From Aplysia californica (Eukaryota), in NCBI RefSeq assembly GCF_000002075.1, contig NW_004797325.1, positions 719,053-783,052 of the forward strand: a stretch of DNA of 64,000 bases, read 5' to 3'. The position numbers and the translations under genes were made by a program. This document shows, in pieces, positions 61,427-64,000 of this stretch. Numbering within the stretch: the first letter of the stretch is position 1; every line of letters begins with the position of its first letter. Under the pieces are notes generated by a model. The model was not told where the DNA came from, searched no databases, and was given only the letters and a program-made list of their open reading frames with translations.

Positions 61427-61543
61427 GCCAAAAAGTTTGTGGAATCAGTTCCCCAAGTTGTCAGGGCTGACATTCCCAAGGAGGAAGCAGAGAAGTTGAA
61501 AGAGGCCCTCACAGCAGTTGGAGCTGAAGTAGAAATTGAATAA
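61427..61543 (+). CDS. MRPL12: MRPL12 exon 5 (stop)
   Basis: AKKFVESVPQVVRADIPKEEAEKLKEALTAVGAEVEIE-TAA; total 588 nt = 195 aa + stop. Confidence 0.96.
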   Translation, partial: AKKFVESVPQVVRADIPKEEAEKLKEALTAVGAEVEIE

Positions 61544-63699
61544 ACTTTACTTGTGATATGTTTTTAAAAGTTATTTTAGTCATTTGTCTGTTTTTTTGTT
61601 TATGTTCATCATTACGAATTATATGCATTTCATAGACTACCAGAATGAATGAGCCCAACAATAAAAAGGCTTTCCATTTCCCACATATGAGGATTTTCTT
61701 TCTTTTGTACAATGTTGTTTTTAGACGACAAGAAAAGACTGGTGGATTACTTGTTGTGATTAAATGTGTTAAAAGTAGACAATACCATAATATGATTAGG
61801 TCATGCAATAACTTACAGAAAAAAACATGTATTTATTTTAATGCTTTCATTTTCATATTAGTGGAATCTGCGGTGTAGTGGTGAGTATTAGTAGATATAT
61901 TTCTTTCGCAAGCAGAAGACACAAGTTTGATTCTCTCCTGGGTAGAATGTTTTTCAGCCCAGATTGGCACCAACAAGCAGAGTTGATGAAGCTTGTCTCC
62001 TAAATGATCTGAATTTTGTCAATGGGGGGCGTAAAAACAGCCAGTTTTGTTCACATTCTTCACTAACAATGATGGCCCATTTGTTGAACTTCCTGTGCAC
62101 TCAGTAACTTCCTGGTGTTCATATATATTCTTTTACATGTCGTGGACATAAAAGTGAATTTGACTGTTGATGCAAGCTCGGACACATTTTTCCTTCTCAT
62201 GATTGAAAACAAGACTACAGTTAAATAGATAAGTGATCTATTTTTTATCATAGCCAAGCATAACCCTGAAGAAATCTTGTGGGATAAACAAGTGGCCATG
62301 GAGTTAATAAACAGTAAACAGGGAGTGGTTAATTAAAGAAGAAATGTTGTTATATAAGCTTGTTCACTTTTGTCTGTCTGCGTTTAAAAAGTTCTACTAG
62401 CTCATACTCATATATATATATATATATATGTGAATTTGCCAACATGCGCATAACTTTGTACAGATATGGCATGCCTGTAGGTTAGCAACCGAACAAAAGT
62501 TTTTAAAAAATCAATCTTCCACTTCCAGAAATAAGTTTCTTTATCAAATTATGCTTATAATAGTGCAATAAATTATTGCAGTAACACAGCCTACAAATTA
62601 CTCATTTTGAGACAGCGACACCGCACTGCCCCACATTTCAGTTTCAGTGTAAGTAAGTGCATAGGGTTTTTTTTCTCCTCTCAAGACCGCCTAGATGCCT
62701 CGTCTTCACTTGTATCTAAAAAAAATACTCATCCCTATGTTGGACCTTGTTCCATAGAGGTATTCGCCATAAAGTGTAGAGTTGACAAAAATAGGGCACC
62801 TTTTTGCTATGTTTTAGTGTTTGTGTTGTAAATCCCTGTTATTTTTTCGACCCACTTAGACTAGCATCAAAGAAATTGTCGGACCCTTAGTTTCCTGTGG
62901 CCTTCATCAGTGGCCTTTTAGTTTTACTCTTTAGAGTCTGTTGGTCAAACGACTTTTAGAATTACACTTACAAGCAAAGACCCAAGAAGATTAAACAGAG
63001 CGATTTGTTTTTATCTCTTTTGAACTGTCTGCAGACAGAAGTAAACAAACTATAGCCATGCAGAGGGTTGACTGAAGGACTTGATGAATTCTGTATGGTG
63101 CTATCTCGGTAGTGAGATGTTGAAGGTTTGATTCAAGAGACATCTGTTTGACGACAGATTTTATTACGCTGTGTTGTAAGTATTAGTTTTTTTTAGTTAA
63201 CAGCTTTATTGCAACACAATTATTAGGCCCTATAAGTGCCGGTGATTAAACTCTTATAAAGAGGTGTTACTGGACAGAAACAGAAAAGGAGGAGAGACAA
63301 GTACGATAATGTAGATGTTAAACAGGAAAGAAAGAGCAAACCACACCAGAGCACCTGCCGACCATCCAATAACACTTTCACTTTCATGCTTGTGTCCATG
63401 ATGTGCTCTACTCTGCTTCAGGAAGGAAGACTCGTGACTGATTGATATGTTTGTCGTTTTGTGTTGACCTGTTACTCGGAGAGTCGAGTGTCCTGTCAGT
63501 GATGAATTTATGACTACATGTACAAGAATTTGATCAAGTAATTTTTATAACTTTTGTGTATGTGAGGCAACAGTAGGGACTACAGTGAATAAACTCACTG
63601 GTGTGTTGTAGCGGTTAAGTGCTTTACTGTTGCACGCAGATCCTAGTGGAGAGAACATTTTTATCGAGAATTCCGATCTTTCTGCTGGAATGTTGTACT

Positions 63700-63960
63700 G
63701 TATACTGTATCCCTCTCAGTACTCCCAGCCCAGGCTGGCCCTGACAGGCAGGGTCGGAAGCCCACCTTCTTCTTCTTCTTCCAGCTGCAGGCTGACAGGT
63801 AGAATCTATATAAGTAGGCTATAAGGAGGTAACTTCGAATGGCTCCAGAGTACATCCGGGCCCAGTCTCGCATTATTCTCCTTAAGTGGGCCTCGATGTG
63901 CATCCTGGAAGCCCACCTCCTAAATTATCTTTATTGCGTCGATGGGGCCGTAAAAACAGC
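63700..63960 (+). mobile_element. Second SINE-like retroposon family fragment
   Basis: CCAGAGTACATCCGGGCCC block shared with about 54358; ATGGGG..CGTAAAAACAGC end shared with about 62022. Confidence 0.5.
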
Positions 63961-64000
63961 TACATGCATTTTTGAAAAAAAAAGACCAGGGAGTCTCCTG

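Overview
Repeat-rich metazoan (invertebrate-type, possibly molluscan; taxon not provable) genomic window with four intron-containing housekeeping genes in two head-to-head pairs. Pair 1: MICU1 (- strand, 5' part, runs off the left edge) and PCNA (+, complete, 6 exons, 262 aa). Pair 2: TMA16 (-, complete, 2 coding exons, 193 aa) and MRPL12 (+, complete, 5 exons, 195 aa). The 10-kb TMA16 intron holds a three-level nest: a hAT-like MITE, a Mutator-like MITE inside it, and a nearly intact 5.35-kb DIRS-type tyrosine-recombinase retrotransposon inside that (gag, RT-RNaseH-methyltransferase, YR, ITRs and ICR). The DIRS copy has a U UUU UUA heptamer exactly in the gag/pol overlap and sits in a site resembling its own predicted circle junction. 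MRPL12 intron 1 carries a decayed near-full-length RTE-type LINE split by a TTAA element. Many MITEs can be resolved by TIR and TSD (TA, TTAA, 5, 6, 8 and 9 bp), along with tRNA-derived SINEs, a Helentron-like satellite carrier and (AGATCT)n arrays near both divergent promoters. There is also a candidate 6-nt MICU1 microexon. I see no convincing wholly new gene system; the DIRS element's expression and integration features and the MICU1 microexon are the best leads. Two assembly gaps: 46664-46802 and 47020-47272.
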